In this document: piece by piece, positions 24,047 through 32,000 of the stretch
Layout: every line of letters starts with the position of its first letter
Numbering within the stretch: position 1 is the stretch's first letter
Position numbers and translations under genes: made by a program
Assembly (NCBI RefSeq): GCF_008065095.1
Contig: NZ_CP042911.1
Coordinates: 6,630,001 to 6,662,000 of the forward strand
Reading direction: 5' to 3'
Source: Gemmata obscuriglobus
GTDB taxonomy: Bacteria > Planctomycetota > Planctomycetia > Gemmatales > Gemmataceae
Length of the DNA stretch: 32,000 nt
Notes under the pieces: generated by a model
What the model saw: only the letters and a program-made list of their open reading frames with translations
Database searches by the model: none
Told to the model about the DNA's origin: nothing

Positions 24047-24829
24047 TCAGCGGGCCTCCTGCCACACCCCCGCGAACCGCTCCGCCGACCAACCAACGAG
24101 ATCGGAGACCTGGCCGTCGCCGACTTCCACCACCCGGCTCACGCCGTCGCTCCGTTGCACCACATCGACCGAGAAGAAGGGGCTCGGGATACGTTCGGCG
24201 CACGTCCGGACGGCGTCCGGGATCGGTTCGGACGGGTCGGCCGTGTAGGGCCGGCCCCTGATCACGAAGTAACGCCGCTCGGTTCCGGCCACGAAGTCCT
24301 CGACGCGGCGCACGCAAATCCCGCCCTCGATTTCACCGCGGTATGCTTTCATCTCGGCCACGACCCGGTCGATCCGGGCCGGGTCGCGGACGAGCGAGCC
24401 GACCGAGGTCTTGAGCGACTTGACATAGTCCTTCACGAAGAACCCGTCCCACCCGAGCGCGCCCAACTCGCGCACCCAGTCGGCATCGGCCGGGTACACC
24501 CGGGTTTCGGGCGTCAGGTCGGGGATGAGTGGGTACCAGTTCGGCAGGTGGTGTGCGAGCAGGTACTCCCTCGGTGGGGTCAGCGGAACCCCTCCCGCGC
24601 TCTCGATCGCCCCAGCGAGCCGCCCGTACTCCGCGGCGTTCAGCATCCAGCCCCGGTAGACCACGGTCGCGGCCGGCGGGACGCCTTCGAGCCCTCGCCC
24701 GTTCCGCAGCACGCCGTCCGAGAGGAGCGAGGACGCGAACCCGGCCGCCGCGAGCGCGACCGCCTGTTCCTCAAAGAGGTCCTCGGGCACGTTCCGGCCG
24801 CGTGGGTCCGTGGGAAACAGGAAGTGCAT
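24047..24829 (-). CDS. ATP-grasp domain protein (R2K-clade / DUF4343-like)
   Basis: 260 aa from the ATG at 24829 (MHFLFPTDPRGRNVPEDLF...). Supporting motifs: VVYRGWMLNAAEY, HHLPNWYP, GWDGFFVKDYVKSLK, RRYFVIRG, VVEVGDGQVSDL. This resembles the small stand-alone ATP-grasp family as I remember it. The 228-codon in-frame upstream extension in the track is R-rich junk. Confidence 0.72.
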   Translation of the reverse strand: MHFLFPTDPRGRNVPEDLFEEQAVALAAAGFASSLLSDGVLRNGRGLEGVPPAATVVYRGWMLNAAEYGRLAGAIESAGGVPLTPPREYLLAHHLPNWYPLIPDLTPETRVYPADADWVRELGALGWDGFFVKDYVKSLKTSVGSLVRDPARIDRVVAEMKAYRGEIEGGICVRRVEDFVAGTERRYFVIRGRPYTADPSEPIPDAVRTCAERIPSPFFSVDVVQRSDGVSRVVEVGDGQVSDLVGWSAERFAGVWQEAR

Positions 24830-25122
24830 CAGGTCACCGGTGGCGGGTGATTCGAACGGCGATGAGGCCGGTAGTGGCGCCACGAACGTGGTCCCCGCGA
24901 CGGCGACGTTGCCGGCTGTCGCCGCGAAGACGAGTGCTTTCGATCCGCCCGTTGCCACGCCCCCCGGCCGGCCGGCACGAACAAACGCCCGAGACGAACA
25001 TAACACCTTGGCGCTGGCGGGGCGAGGGGAGGCCGGCCGTTGTCGCGCGGGCGGGCGAAAAGTTGAAGGAATGCGCCCGTGTCCGGGGACTACATTGTGG
25101 AGACCGAGCCCCGGGGACCCAC

Positions 25123-26520
25123 ATGGCCGTATCGCAACCGCTCTGCAACTCGCTCCAGCAGTTGAACCGCGCCCTGCTCGCCGCGAAACTCGCCGACCTG
25201 CCCGACGCGGAACTGATCGGGCGGTTCGCGGAGCGGCGCGACGAGTCCGCGTTCGCCGCGCTGGTGCGCCGGCACGGGCCGCTCGTTCTCGGCGTGTGCC
25301 GGCGCGTGCTGCGGCACGAACAGGACGCCGAGGACGCCTTTCAGGCGACGTTTCTGGTGCTCGCCCGCGACGCCACCGCCGTCCGGCGGGCCGGCGCGGT
25401 CGGGAGCTGGTTGTACGGGGTGGCCTACAACGTCGCGCGCCGCGCCGAAACCGCCCGCCGGCGCCGCGCGGCCCGGGAGCGCGAGGCGGCCGTGCGACAA
25501 CCGACCGCCGCACCCGAAACGGCTCCGGACGACCTGCGGGATGTGCTCGACCGCGAACTGAACGCGCTGCCGGACAAGTACCGCACCGCCGTTGTGCTGT
25601 GCGACCTCACGGGGCTGACCGCCCAGCAGGCGTCGGTCGAAGTCGGGTGCCCGGCGAAGACGCTGGGGACACGACTCGCCCGCGGGCGGGCACTTCTGGC
25701 AGACCGGCTCGTGCGGCGCGGCGTCGGGCTGTCGGTCGGGGCGCTGGTCGCGATTTCGGCTCCCTCCGCGGCCGGCGCCGTGCCGCCGCGGCTGGCCGAG
25801 TTTACGGTCCAGCTCGTAGCCGGATCGAACACCGGGCCGGCGACCGCCCCTCCGGCTGTCGCGGCCCTTGCAGAAGGAGTGTCGAACGTCATGGCGCTGA
25901 AAACGCTCAAACTCGTTGCGGTTCTGGTGTGCGGTGTTGTACTCGTCGGCGGCGTGGCGAAGCACGGCGGGTTCGCCCTTCACGCCCGCCACACGAAACT
26001 GGCCCGATCCGCTGCACCCGGCACAACGGAAACTCCCGACGGTTCACCGGCAGTGGAGCAAAAGAACCCCGCCGATTTTCTCGACCACTTCCACCGGTTC
26101 ATTGAGCACGTCCACGACGTGCTCGGGATCGGACCGGGGGAACAGATCGCCGCTGCCCCAGGTGAAGGTAAGAAGGATGAAACACCCGCCGGCGTGTGGG
26201 TGAAGAAGGACGGCGAGTTAAAGGTCGAATTCTCCGAGAAGGGCGTTCTGAGCCTCTCTCCGCACGGCGAAAACAAGGTGGTTGTGATCGTCTGCGAGTT
26301 CGGTCCCGGCAAGGACGGGCTGGTGAAGGCCAAAGTGACCGGGTTCGAGGGGATAGAAGAAGCGAAGAAAAAGATCATGGACCGCCTGCCGCTCGGAACA
26401 GAGTTCACCTTCGTGTGGAAGGTGAACGGCGGCTCCGCAACCCTCGGCGATGTGAAGAGCGGTAAGGACACGGCCGACGTGTTGAAGTCTCACCTGGAGG
26501 CCGAATACACGAAGAAGTAG
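25123..26520 (+). CDS. ECF-type sigma-70 family factor fused to a transmembrane segment and a C-terminal extracytoplasmic domain
   Basis: 465 aa from the ATG at 25123. The sigma region 2 is ESAFAALVRRHGPLVLGVCRRVLRHEQDAEDAFQATFLVLAR...WLYGVAYNVA. The region 4 HTH is LPDKYRTAVVLCDLTGLTAQQASVEVGCPAKTLGTRLARGRALL. One TM segment follows (LKLVAVLVCGVVLVGGVA), then a Lys/Glu-rich domain of about 170 aa. The track ORF start at 24529 is an R/P-rich extension. Confidence 0.85.
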   Translation: MAVSQPLCNSLQQLNRALLAAKLADLPDAELIGRFAERRDESAFAALVRRHGPLVLGVCRRVLRHEQDAEDAFQATFLVLARDATAVRRAGAVGSWLYGVAYNVARRAETARRRRAAREREAAVRQPTAAPETAPDDLRDVLDRELNALPDKYRTAVVLCDLTGLTAQQASVEVGCPAKTLGTRLARGRALLADRLVRRGVGLSVGALVAISAPSAAGAVPPRLAEFTVQLVAGSNTGPATAPPAVAALAEGVSNVMALKTLKLVAVLVCGVVLVGGVAKHGGFALHARHTKLARSAAPGTTETPDGSPAVEQKNPADFLDHFHRFIEHVHDVLGIGPGEQIAAAPGEGKKDETPAGVWVKKDGELKVEFSEKGVLSLSPHGENKVVVIVCEFGPGKDGLVKAKVTGFEGIEEAKKKIMDRLPLGTEFTFVWKVNGGSATLGDVKSGKDTADVLKSHLEAEYTKK

Positions 26521-26612
26521 CCCCTACGCTTCAAGCTCACGAAGAACCGCAGAGCCGGAGTGCGACAGCAGTTGAAGTGGGCCGGCACGGCATCGGGTTT
26601 TACGTGTTCACG

Positions 26613-26706
26613 AAGGCCGATTTTGACAGGATCGACAGGATGAACAGGATAAAGGCGGACTGGTCTTTATCCTGTTCATCCTGTCGATCCTGTCAAAATC
26701 GGCCTT
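26613..26706. repeat. Palindromic element, family PAL-A, full-length copy
   Basis: Perfect 42-bp arms aaggccgattttgacaggatcgacaggatgaacaggataaag (26613-26654) and its exact reverse complement (26665-26706), with loop gcggactggt. It sits between the convergent ECF sigma and lipoprotein genes. Confidence 0.95.
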
Positions 26707-26756
26707 GGCTTCGGGTCCGCCGTGCCGCGCAGCTCAGGTCTCATTCCGCCACGCGT

Positions 26757-26792
26757 CCAACGGCCGCCGGACGGAACACCGGCGGCCGTTGG
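26757..26792 (-). terminator. GC-rich hairpin downstream of the lipoprotein gene
   Basis: ccaacggccgccgg (26757-26770) and ccggcggccgttgg (26779-26792) form a perfect 14-bp stem with an 8-nt loop. The hairpin begins 11 nt beyond the stop codon (26804-26806) on the minus strand. There is no U-tract. Confidence 0.45.
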
Positions 26793-26803
26793 GCTCCGCG
26801 CGG

Positions 26804-27286
26804 TTACTCTTTGAACTCGCCCGACGACGGCTTCCCGGCGATCTCACCGGCCACCGTCCCCTCGAAGTCGGCCACGTTTCCCAGCCCCGGGTCGGTGCCG
26901 ACGAACTTCGACGCCTTGCCGTCCTTCGCCTCGCCGGCGGGCGGGGCCAGCTTGATGGTCATCGGCGGCACAACTTTGCCGTCCTTGGTCTTCGTTTCCT
27001 TCGTGGTCAGGATGAACTCGTCCGCGGAGACGGCCTTCGGGGTCTTCTCGTCGCCCCCGAGTAGCAGCACGGTGCATTGCTTCTTGTCGTGGTCGACGGT
27101 GAACTCGGCGTGGTACTTGCCCAGGTCGAACACCACCCCGCCGTTCGGCCCCTTGCCGTGGGCGTGGTCGTCCGCGTGGCTGCTCTTTTTGTCCCCGCTC
27201 TTCGTCGGGTCGCCCTTGTTCTCGCAGCCGGTCAGCGCCAGCGCGGCGGTCAAAATCCCCAACCCGAACAGGTTCGTGTAACGCAT
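26804..27286 (-). CDS. His-rich lipoprotein, possible periplasmic metal-binding protein
   Basis: 160 aa from the ATG at 27286. The signal peptide with lipobox is MRYTNLFGLGILTAALALTGC. It is followed by SSHADDHAHGKGPNGGVVFDLGKYHAEFTVDHDKKQCTVLLLGGDEK. That pattern (HxHxHGPxGG...YHxE...D) recalls His-rich N-terminal modules on planctomycete metal-efflux adaptor proteins, from memory only. The track start at 27412 adds a non-signal leader. Confidence 0.7.
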   Translation of the reverse strand: MRYTNLFGLGILTAALALTGCENKGDPTKSGDKKSSHADDHAHGKGPNGGVVFDLGKYHAEFTVDHDKKQCTVLLLGGDEKTPKAVSADEFILTTKETKTKDGKVVPPMTIKLAPPAGEAKDGKASKFVGTDPGLGNVADFEGTVAGEIAGKPSSGEFKE

Positions 27287-27545
27287 CACATCGGTCCTTT
27301 CGTAACAGGTGAAACTCGACGCGTCCGTACTCATCCGGCCGCCCGCAACAGGTCCACATCGGACCCTTCTCGACGGGCCAACCGCTCGGCGTCCGTGCCC
27401 GAGAAGCTCCAAAGCACGTCACGTCGTGAACTTGAAGCCACGACCGTTCGCTTAGCATGTGTATCGGAATGGGAGCCGCACAGCGTGGTATTGCGGACCC
27501 GAGACGAGGGCGTGTCTCACCCCCACGCGACGGAAAGGCCAAGCA

Positions 27546-27629
27546 GATTTTTGACAGGATCGACCGGATTCACCGGATAAAGGCGGATCGGCATTTATCC
27601 GGTGAATCCGGTCGATCCTGTCAAAATCG
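27546..27629. repeat. Palindromic element, family PAL-A, variant copy
   Basis: Perfect 33-bp arms ttttgacaggatcgaccggattcaccggataaa (27549-27581) and reverse complement (27594-27626), with loop ggcggatcggca. The termini and loop are similar to the 26613 copy. The inner arm differs (ccggattcaccgg against caggatgaacagg). Confidence 0.9.
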
Positions 27630-27734
27630 GCTTTCATAAACCCGAAGACTAACGCGTAACTGAGCGACAACACAACAGCCCGTCAATTCCGCTACCAGTT
27701 CCAAAGCAGGCGGCCGTGGTTGCGCCGCGAGTTC

Positions 27735-27795
27735 GACGAGCCGCGACCGCCAGGGAGCGGGATACGTCGCGCGCTCCCCGGCGGGCACGGCTCGT
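27735..27795. repeat. Palindromic element, family PAL-B, copy 3 (right arm decayed)
   Basis: The left arm gacgagccgcgaccgccagggagcgg (27735-27760) is identical to copies 1 and 2. The loop is gatacgtcgcg. The right arm cgctccccggcgggcacggctcgt has 3 mismatches. The element lies 42 nt downstream of the dienelactone hydrolase stop. Confidence 0.8.
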
Positions 27796-27836
27796 ACCCA
27801 AACGTTACAAAAACCCGGTCGCGTGCGGAGCCGGTG

Positions 27837-28679
<843 letters not shown>

Positions 28680-28898
28680 GTTCCGATTCCTTGGCGGTTG
28701 GGAGAACCGGCCCCGCCCCGACAGCGGGCTCCGGCGGTTCGTAATCGCGTTGCTGAAGCGGCCACTCAGAAGGATCGTATCCGGGGGAAGAAGATCCGGT
28801 ATCTCGCGGGCGCTACGTTTCTGGGCCGAGTCCGGACTTGACCGGGCGATCAACACGCGCCGCCCCGGGCTCGGAGACCAAACCCGCCGCGGCCGATG

Positions 28899-31694
28899 TC
28901 ACTCCACGAAGACGAACTCCTTCGCGTTGAACAGCACGTGCGCGAGGTCGGCCCACGCCTTCGGGTGGTTCGGCTGCCCGTACTCGTTGGACTGCCCCGC
29001 CACGAACGCGGTCGCGGCGCCGAGTTCGTCGTTCGACGGCTCGCGGCTGAACGCGGCGGCGTACATGGCCCGCACCCGGTCCTCGGGTTTTGCGTTCGGC
29101 TGCGCGAGCACCCGTTTGGCCCACAGCTCCGTTTGCTGGAGCACGAACGGGTTGTTCAGCATCACGAGCGCCTGCGCCGGGACGTTGGACACCGTGCGCC
29201 GGCCGATCGCGGTGAACGGCGTGGGGTAGTCGAACGCGGTGAACATGGGGTTGAGGAAGTTCCGGCGCACCTGGAGGTAGAGGCTGCGGCGGCCGTCGCC
29301 GTCGAGCGGCCCGGACCCCGGCCGCCCGCGCCCCACTTGGTGCTCTGTGAGGTGCGGCAGCACGCCCGGGCCGTCCGTGCGGAGGTCCAGTCGCCCGCTC
29401 ACCGCGAGGATGCCGTCGCGGATCGCCTCGGCCTCCAGGCGCTTCACGTTCTGCCGGTGCAGCAGCTTGTTTTGCGGGTCGGCCGTGAGGGCCTTCGCGC
29501 TCTGTTCGGGAACGGCCCGGCTCGACTGTTGGTACGCCGCGGAGAGCAGCATGAGCTTGTGCACGGCCTTCAGGCTCCACTTTTGCGCGACCAGTTCGGT
29601 CGCGAGCCAGTCGAGCAGTTCGGGGTGCGTCGGCGGCTGGCCCTGCGCGCCGAAGTCGTCGGGGCTGCGCACGAGCCCCTCGCCGAAGTGGTGCTTCCAC
29701 AGCCGGTTCACGAGCACCCGCGTGACCAGGGGGTTCGACGGGTCCGTGAGGGTGCGGGCCAGTTCGAGCCGCCCGCTGCCGGCGCTCTTGAAGGCCGGCA
29801 GAGCAAACGCTTCGAGCGGGCCGCGGGGCGCCTCGGCTCCGGGGCTTTTGTGGCTCCCGCGGATGAACACGCGCTCGTTCAGGCCGTTCCCGTCGCGCAT
29901 CGTCGGGGCGCGTCTGGGGGCGGGCAGTTGCGCCTCGATCTCGTTCGCGCGGGCCGCGAGCCTCTTCGCTTCGTCACCGCCATCGCCGGGCACGATGGGC
30001 AGATACACCTTTGCCCCCCCCTCCACGGGCGGCGGGGTGTCGGCGAAGCGGGCTTCCGAAATGGCGACGAAGCCGGGGCCGTCGTCGAGCAGTTCCAGGT
30101 ACGCCGGTTGCCCCTTCCACATGCCGAGGTCGAACGTCATCCAGTGAAGCTCTTCGCCGTGACCGATGCCGTGCGCCAGCCCGCCGTAAATCGGGTTCTG
30201 AATGAGCTGCAAGCCGTTCAGAATGACCCGCGCCCGCGCGCTCCGCCCCGCGACCCGGATCGCGAGGAACGGCTTGTCGATGGTGAACGTGGGCGACCGC
30301 AGCGCCCCCGTCAGCTTTTGCGTCTCGCGACCGCTGTGCGGGAATCCGTCGCCGCCCTCCGGGCGGAACGCGAGCCCGTCCGCGAACCACCGGTCCCGCC
30401 ACCCGGCCCCGAACTCCTCGAAAGCGGGGCTCTTCTCACGCCAGCCGGTCGCCCGCGGCGGGTTCGGGCCGTCGGGGGGCGTGTTGTCGCGGGCGAGCTT
30501 CGCGCGGACCGCTTTCAGTTCGTCGAGCAGCTTCACCGTCGGGGCCGGGTCGCTCACGTCGGTCCGGTTGTACCGCGAACTGCTCAGCACCCCGAAGAGT
30601 GCGTAATAGTCTTTCGTGCTGATCGGGTCGAACTTGTGGTCGTGGCACCGGGCGCACCCGATGGTCAGCCCCAGCACCGTTTTGCCGAACACGTCGATCT
30701 GGTTATCGACGCGGTCGGCGTACTCGGCCCGCGAGTCGACCGGCGAGTGCTTCGCCTCCCCGAGCCACCAGAACCCGGTCGCAATGAGCGCGTCATTCAG
30801 CCCCTCCTTCGAGAACCGCGGCAGGAGCAGGTCTCCTGCGATGTGTTCCGTCAGGAAGGTGTCGTAAGGCACGTCGGCGTTGAGCGCCCGGACCACGTAG
30901 TCGCGGTACCGCCACGCGTCGGGGATGTCGAAGTCGAACTCGTGGCCCTGGGTCTCGGCGTACCGCACGAGGTCCAGCCAGTGGCGTGCCCACCGCACCC
31001 CGTATTGCGGCGACGCGAGCAGCCGGTCCACCACCTTCTCGAACGCGCCGGGGCCGTCGTCCTTCAGGAACGCGTCGACTTCTTCGGGGGTGGGAGGGAG
31101 GCCGGTCAGGTCGAAGGTGACGCGCCGCAGCAGGGCGCGCTTCTCGGCGGGCGGGGCGAACGAGAGGCCGTCCTTTTGGAGCCGCGCGAGCAGGAACCGG
31201 TCGATGTCGTTGCGAACCTCGGCCTTCGAGCCCTGGACGGTCGGCACCGGGGGCCGCTGGATCGGACGGAAGGACCACTGAGCTTTGGCGCGGGCGTGCG
31301 GGTCGAACTTTTCGGTCGCTCCCTGTGCGCTTCCGCCGTCGGCGGGCCATGGCGCGCCGCCCTTCACCCACGCCGTGAGGGTCGCGATGTCGGCGTCGGA
31401 GAGCTTCCCCTTCGGCGGCATCTTGATGTCGCCGCCGTAAGCGACCGCCTCAATGAGCAGGCTTTTCGCGGGGTCACCGGGCTTCACCGCGGCGCCGTTG
31501 TCGCCGCCCTTGGCGAACTCGGCCTTGGCGTCGAGCCGCAACCCGCCCTTCTGCTTCTTGGCGTCGTGGCAACTGGTGCAGTGCGCGACCAGGATCGGCC
31601 GCACCTTCTTCTCGAAGAACTCGTTATCGACCGGTTCGGCGGCGCGAGCGACCGGGGCCAGAAGTGCGACTGCGACGAGCGCGGCGGTTCGCAT
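28899..31694 (-). CDS. PSCyt1 / DUF1549 (PSCyt2) / DUF1553 (PSD1) domain protein
   Basis: 931 aa. The signal peptide is MRTAALVAVALLAPVARA. The planctomycete cytochrome-c-like motif is CTSCHDAKKQKGGLRLD. A second heme-like motif CARCHDHKFDPIS is characteristic of DUF1549/DUF1553 proteins. The C-terminal ...LFNAKEFVFVE ending is typical of PSD1. Confidence 0.92.
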   Translation of the reverse strand: MRTAALVAVALLAPVARAAEPVDNEFFEKKVRPILVAHCTSCHDAKKQKGGLRLDAKAEFAKGGDNGAAVKPGDPAKSLLIEAVAYGGDIKMPPKGKLSDADIATLTAWVKGGAPWPADGGSAQGATEKFDPHARAKAQWSFRPIQRPPVPTVQGSKAEVRNDIDRFLLARLQKDGLSFAPPAEKRALLRRVTFDLTGLPPTPEEVDAFLKDDGPGAFEKVVDRLLASPQYGVRWARHWLDLVRYAETQGHEFDFDIPDAWRYRDYVVRALNADVPYDTFLTEHIAGDLLLPRFSKEGLNDALIATGFWWLGEAKHSPVDSRAEYADRVDNQIDVFGKTVLGLTIGCARCHDHKFDPISTKDYYALFGVLSSSRYNRTDVSDPAPTVKLLDELKAVRAKLARDNTPPDGPNPPRATGWREKSPAFEEFGAGWRDRWFADGLAFRPEGGDGFPHSGRETQKLTGALRSPTFTIDKPFLAIRVAGRSARARVILNGLQLIQNPIYGGLAHGIGHGEELHWMTFDLGMWKGQPAYLELLDDGPGFVAISEARFADTPPPVEGGAKVYLPIVPGDGGDEAKRLAARANEIEAQLPAPRRAPTMRDGNGLNERVFIRGSHKSPGAEAPRGPLEAFALPAFKSAGSGRLELARTLTDPSNPLVTRVLVNRLWKHHFGEGLVRSPDDFGAQGQPPTHPELLDWLATELVAQKWSLKAVHKLMLLSAAYQQSSRAVPEQSAKALTADPQNKLLHRQNVKRLEAEAIRDGILAVSGRLDLRTDGPGVLPHLTEHQVGRGRPGSGPLDGDGRRSLYLQVRRNFLNPMFTAFDYPTPFTAIGRRTVSNVPAQALVMLNNPFVLQQTELWAKRVLAQPNAKPEDRVRAMYAAAFSREPSNDELGAATAFVAGQSNEYGQPNHPKAWADLAHVLFNAKEFVFVE

Positions 31695-31795
31695 AAGTTA
31701 AGATCCGACGGCGAGTGAGGCGGGAACGTCATTGTCCGCCAAGCTGCGCGCGGGTTCAAGCGAAACCGCCCCCGTCGAGGGGCGTCTTCAGTGCG

Positions 31796-31908
31796 GCACA
31801 CCAGTCGTTTCAGGTTCCAAATTGGTCACCGGCTCGACAAACGCCCACAGGCCATTCGTGTGAGTTCTCACATGGAACTTGGAACCTGGAACTCGAAACG
31901 ACTGGGTG
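31796..31908. repeat. Long-range inverted repeat upstream of the PSCyt/DUF1553 gene
   Basis: ccagtcgtttc (31801-31811) pairs with gaaacgactgg (31895-31905). aggttccaa (31812-31820) pairs with ttggaacct (31879-31887). The right arm has a 7-nt bulge, and the centre is about 58 nt. Confidence 0.55.
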
Positions 31909-31947
31909 CGCGGCTCCGGATCGGGACTCAACGGCGGGTGGAATCGC

Positions 31948-32000
31948 ATGGCGTCCGAACGCGAGGCACCGTCGGCGGTCGATTACGTGGTGATCGCGCT
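31948..32000 (+). CDS. Possible 5' end of a gene running off the right edge (MASEREAPSAVDYVVIA...)
   Basis: ATG at 31948 with GGTGGA 6 nt upstream. VDYVVIA resembles the start of a dinucleotide-binding beta-strand. Only 17 codons are visible. Confidence 0.25.
   Translation, partial: MASEREAPSAVDYVVIA

Noticed and set aside
20822-24850. 1342-aa ORF on the plus strand, the longest in the track
   Set aside because: It is antisense to the 1181-aa membrane protein and the ATP-grasp gene. The sequence is a low-complexity R/P/G/E/H/Q-rich string (for example RPGRPAAVPELLAEQRPEHAAEGERLQPEVQHG) with no domain signatures. It also bridges an intergenic region without any change in character.
24830-25122. 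ECF-type promoter (GGAAC-N16/17-CGTC-like) in the divergent region between the ATP-grasp gene and the ECF sigma gene
   Set aside because: I scanned both strands by eye. I found only weak partial matches, such as ggaat...N16...acta and gcaac...N16...ccacgtt. Nothing was convincing.
26577-27673. Small ORFs encoding FDRIDRMNRIK / SILSILSK-type peptides (26577..27281 +, 27452..27673 -, 27457..27639 +, and also 19823..20188 -, 1765..1971 +)
   Set aside because: These peptides are simply translations of the PAL-A palindromes (gacaggatcgacaggat). They appear on both strands because the DNA is self-complementary, and they have no independent coding signal.
11282-27795. Possibility that the recurring palindromes form a CRISPR array
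   Set aside because: The copies are kilobases apart, belong to different families, are not regularly spaced direct repeats with unique spacers, and no cas genes are present.
28896-31718. 940-aa ORF on the plus strand
   Set aside because: It is antisense to the PSCyt1/DUF1549/DUF1553 gene, which has a signal peptide and two diagnostic CxxCH-type motifs. The composition is again R/G/E/P/H-rich.

Overview
This is a very GC-rich chromosomal window. No GC value was computed and no database search was run. The gene content points to a Planctomycetota, Gemmataceae-like genome: a PSCyt1/DUF1549/DUF1553 protein, an ECF sigma factor fused to a transmembrane extension, a giant ABC-2 permease, and few Shine-Dalgarno sites. 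That assignment is an inference.

I support 22 coding regions, two of them cut by the window edges.
- 1-7831: a glycan-building cluster. It holds a GT1-like gene, two GT2 genes, an SDR epimerase and a sulfotransferase on the minus strand. A polyprenyl-phosphate-type GT2 and a polytopic membrane protein lie divergently on the plus strand.
- 7912-13590, minus strand: a 2-hydroxyacid dehydrogenase, an ABC ATPase, and a 949-aa ABC-2 permease. An 817-nt non-coding spacer separates the ATPase from the permease.
- 14026-20045, plus strand: housekeeping genes rsfS, argS, obg, coaX and an atypical mnmE-like GTPase.
- 20228-26520: an uncharacterised 1165-1181-aa membrane protein downstream of a small R2K-like ATP-grasp gene, divergent from an ECF sigma fusion.
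- 26804-31694: a His-rich lipoprotein, a Tat-signal dienelactone hydrolase, and a PSCyt/DUF1553 protein.

Most long ORFs in the supplied track are antisense shadow ORFs or spurious 5' extensions, as expected for GC-rich DNA.

The most striking unexplained signal is non-genic. At least four families of long, near-perfect palindromic elements sit in almost every 3' intergenic region, often stacked. Arms are 16-47 bp, and some arms are themselves hairpins. One such element lies in frame inside the mnmE-like CDS, where a conserved MnmE segment should be.

Other items worth follow-up:
- a nested-stem and heptamer-repeat leader that ends 7 nt before the obg start codon;
- the ATP-grasp / giant membrane protein / ECF sigma locus, which is the best candidate for an undescribed protein system;
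- a pseudopilin-like C-terminal domain on the ABC-2 permease.

All domain calls come from motif recognition by eye and need HMM or structure searches to confirm.
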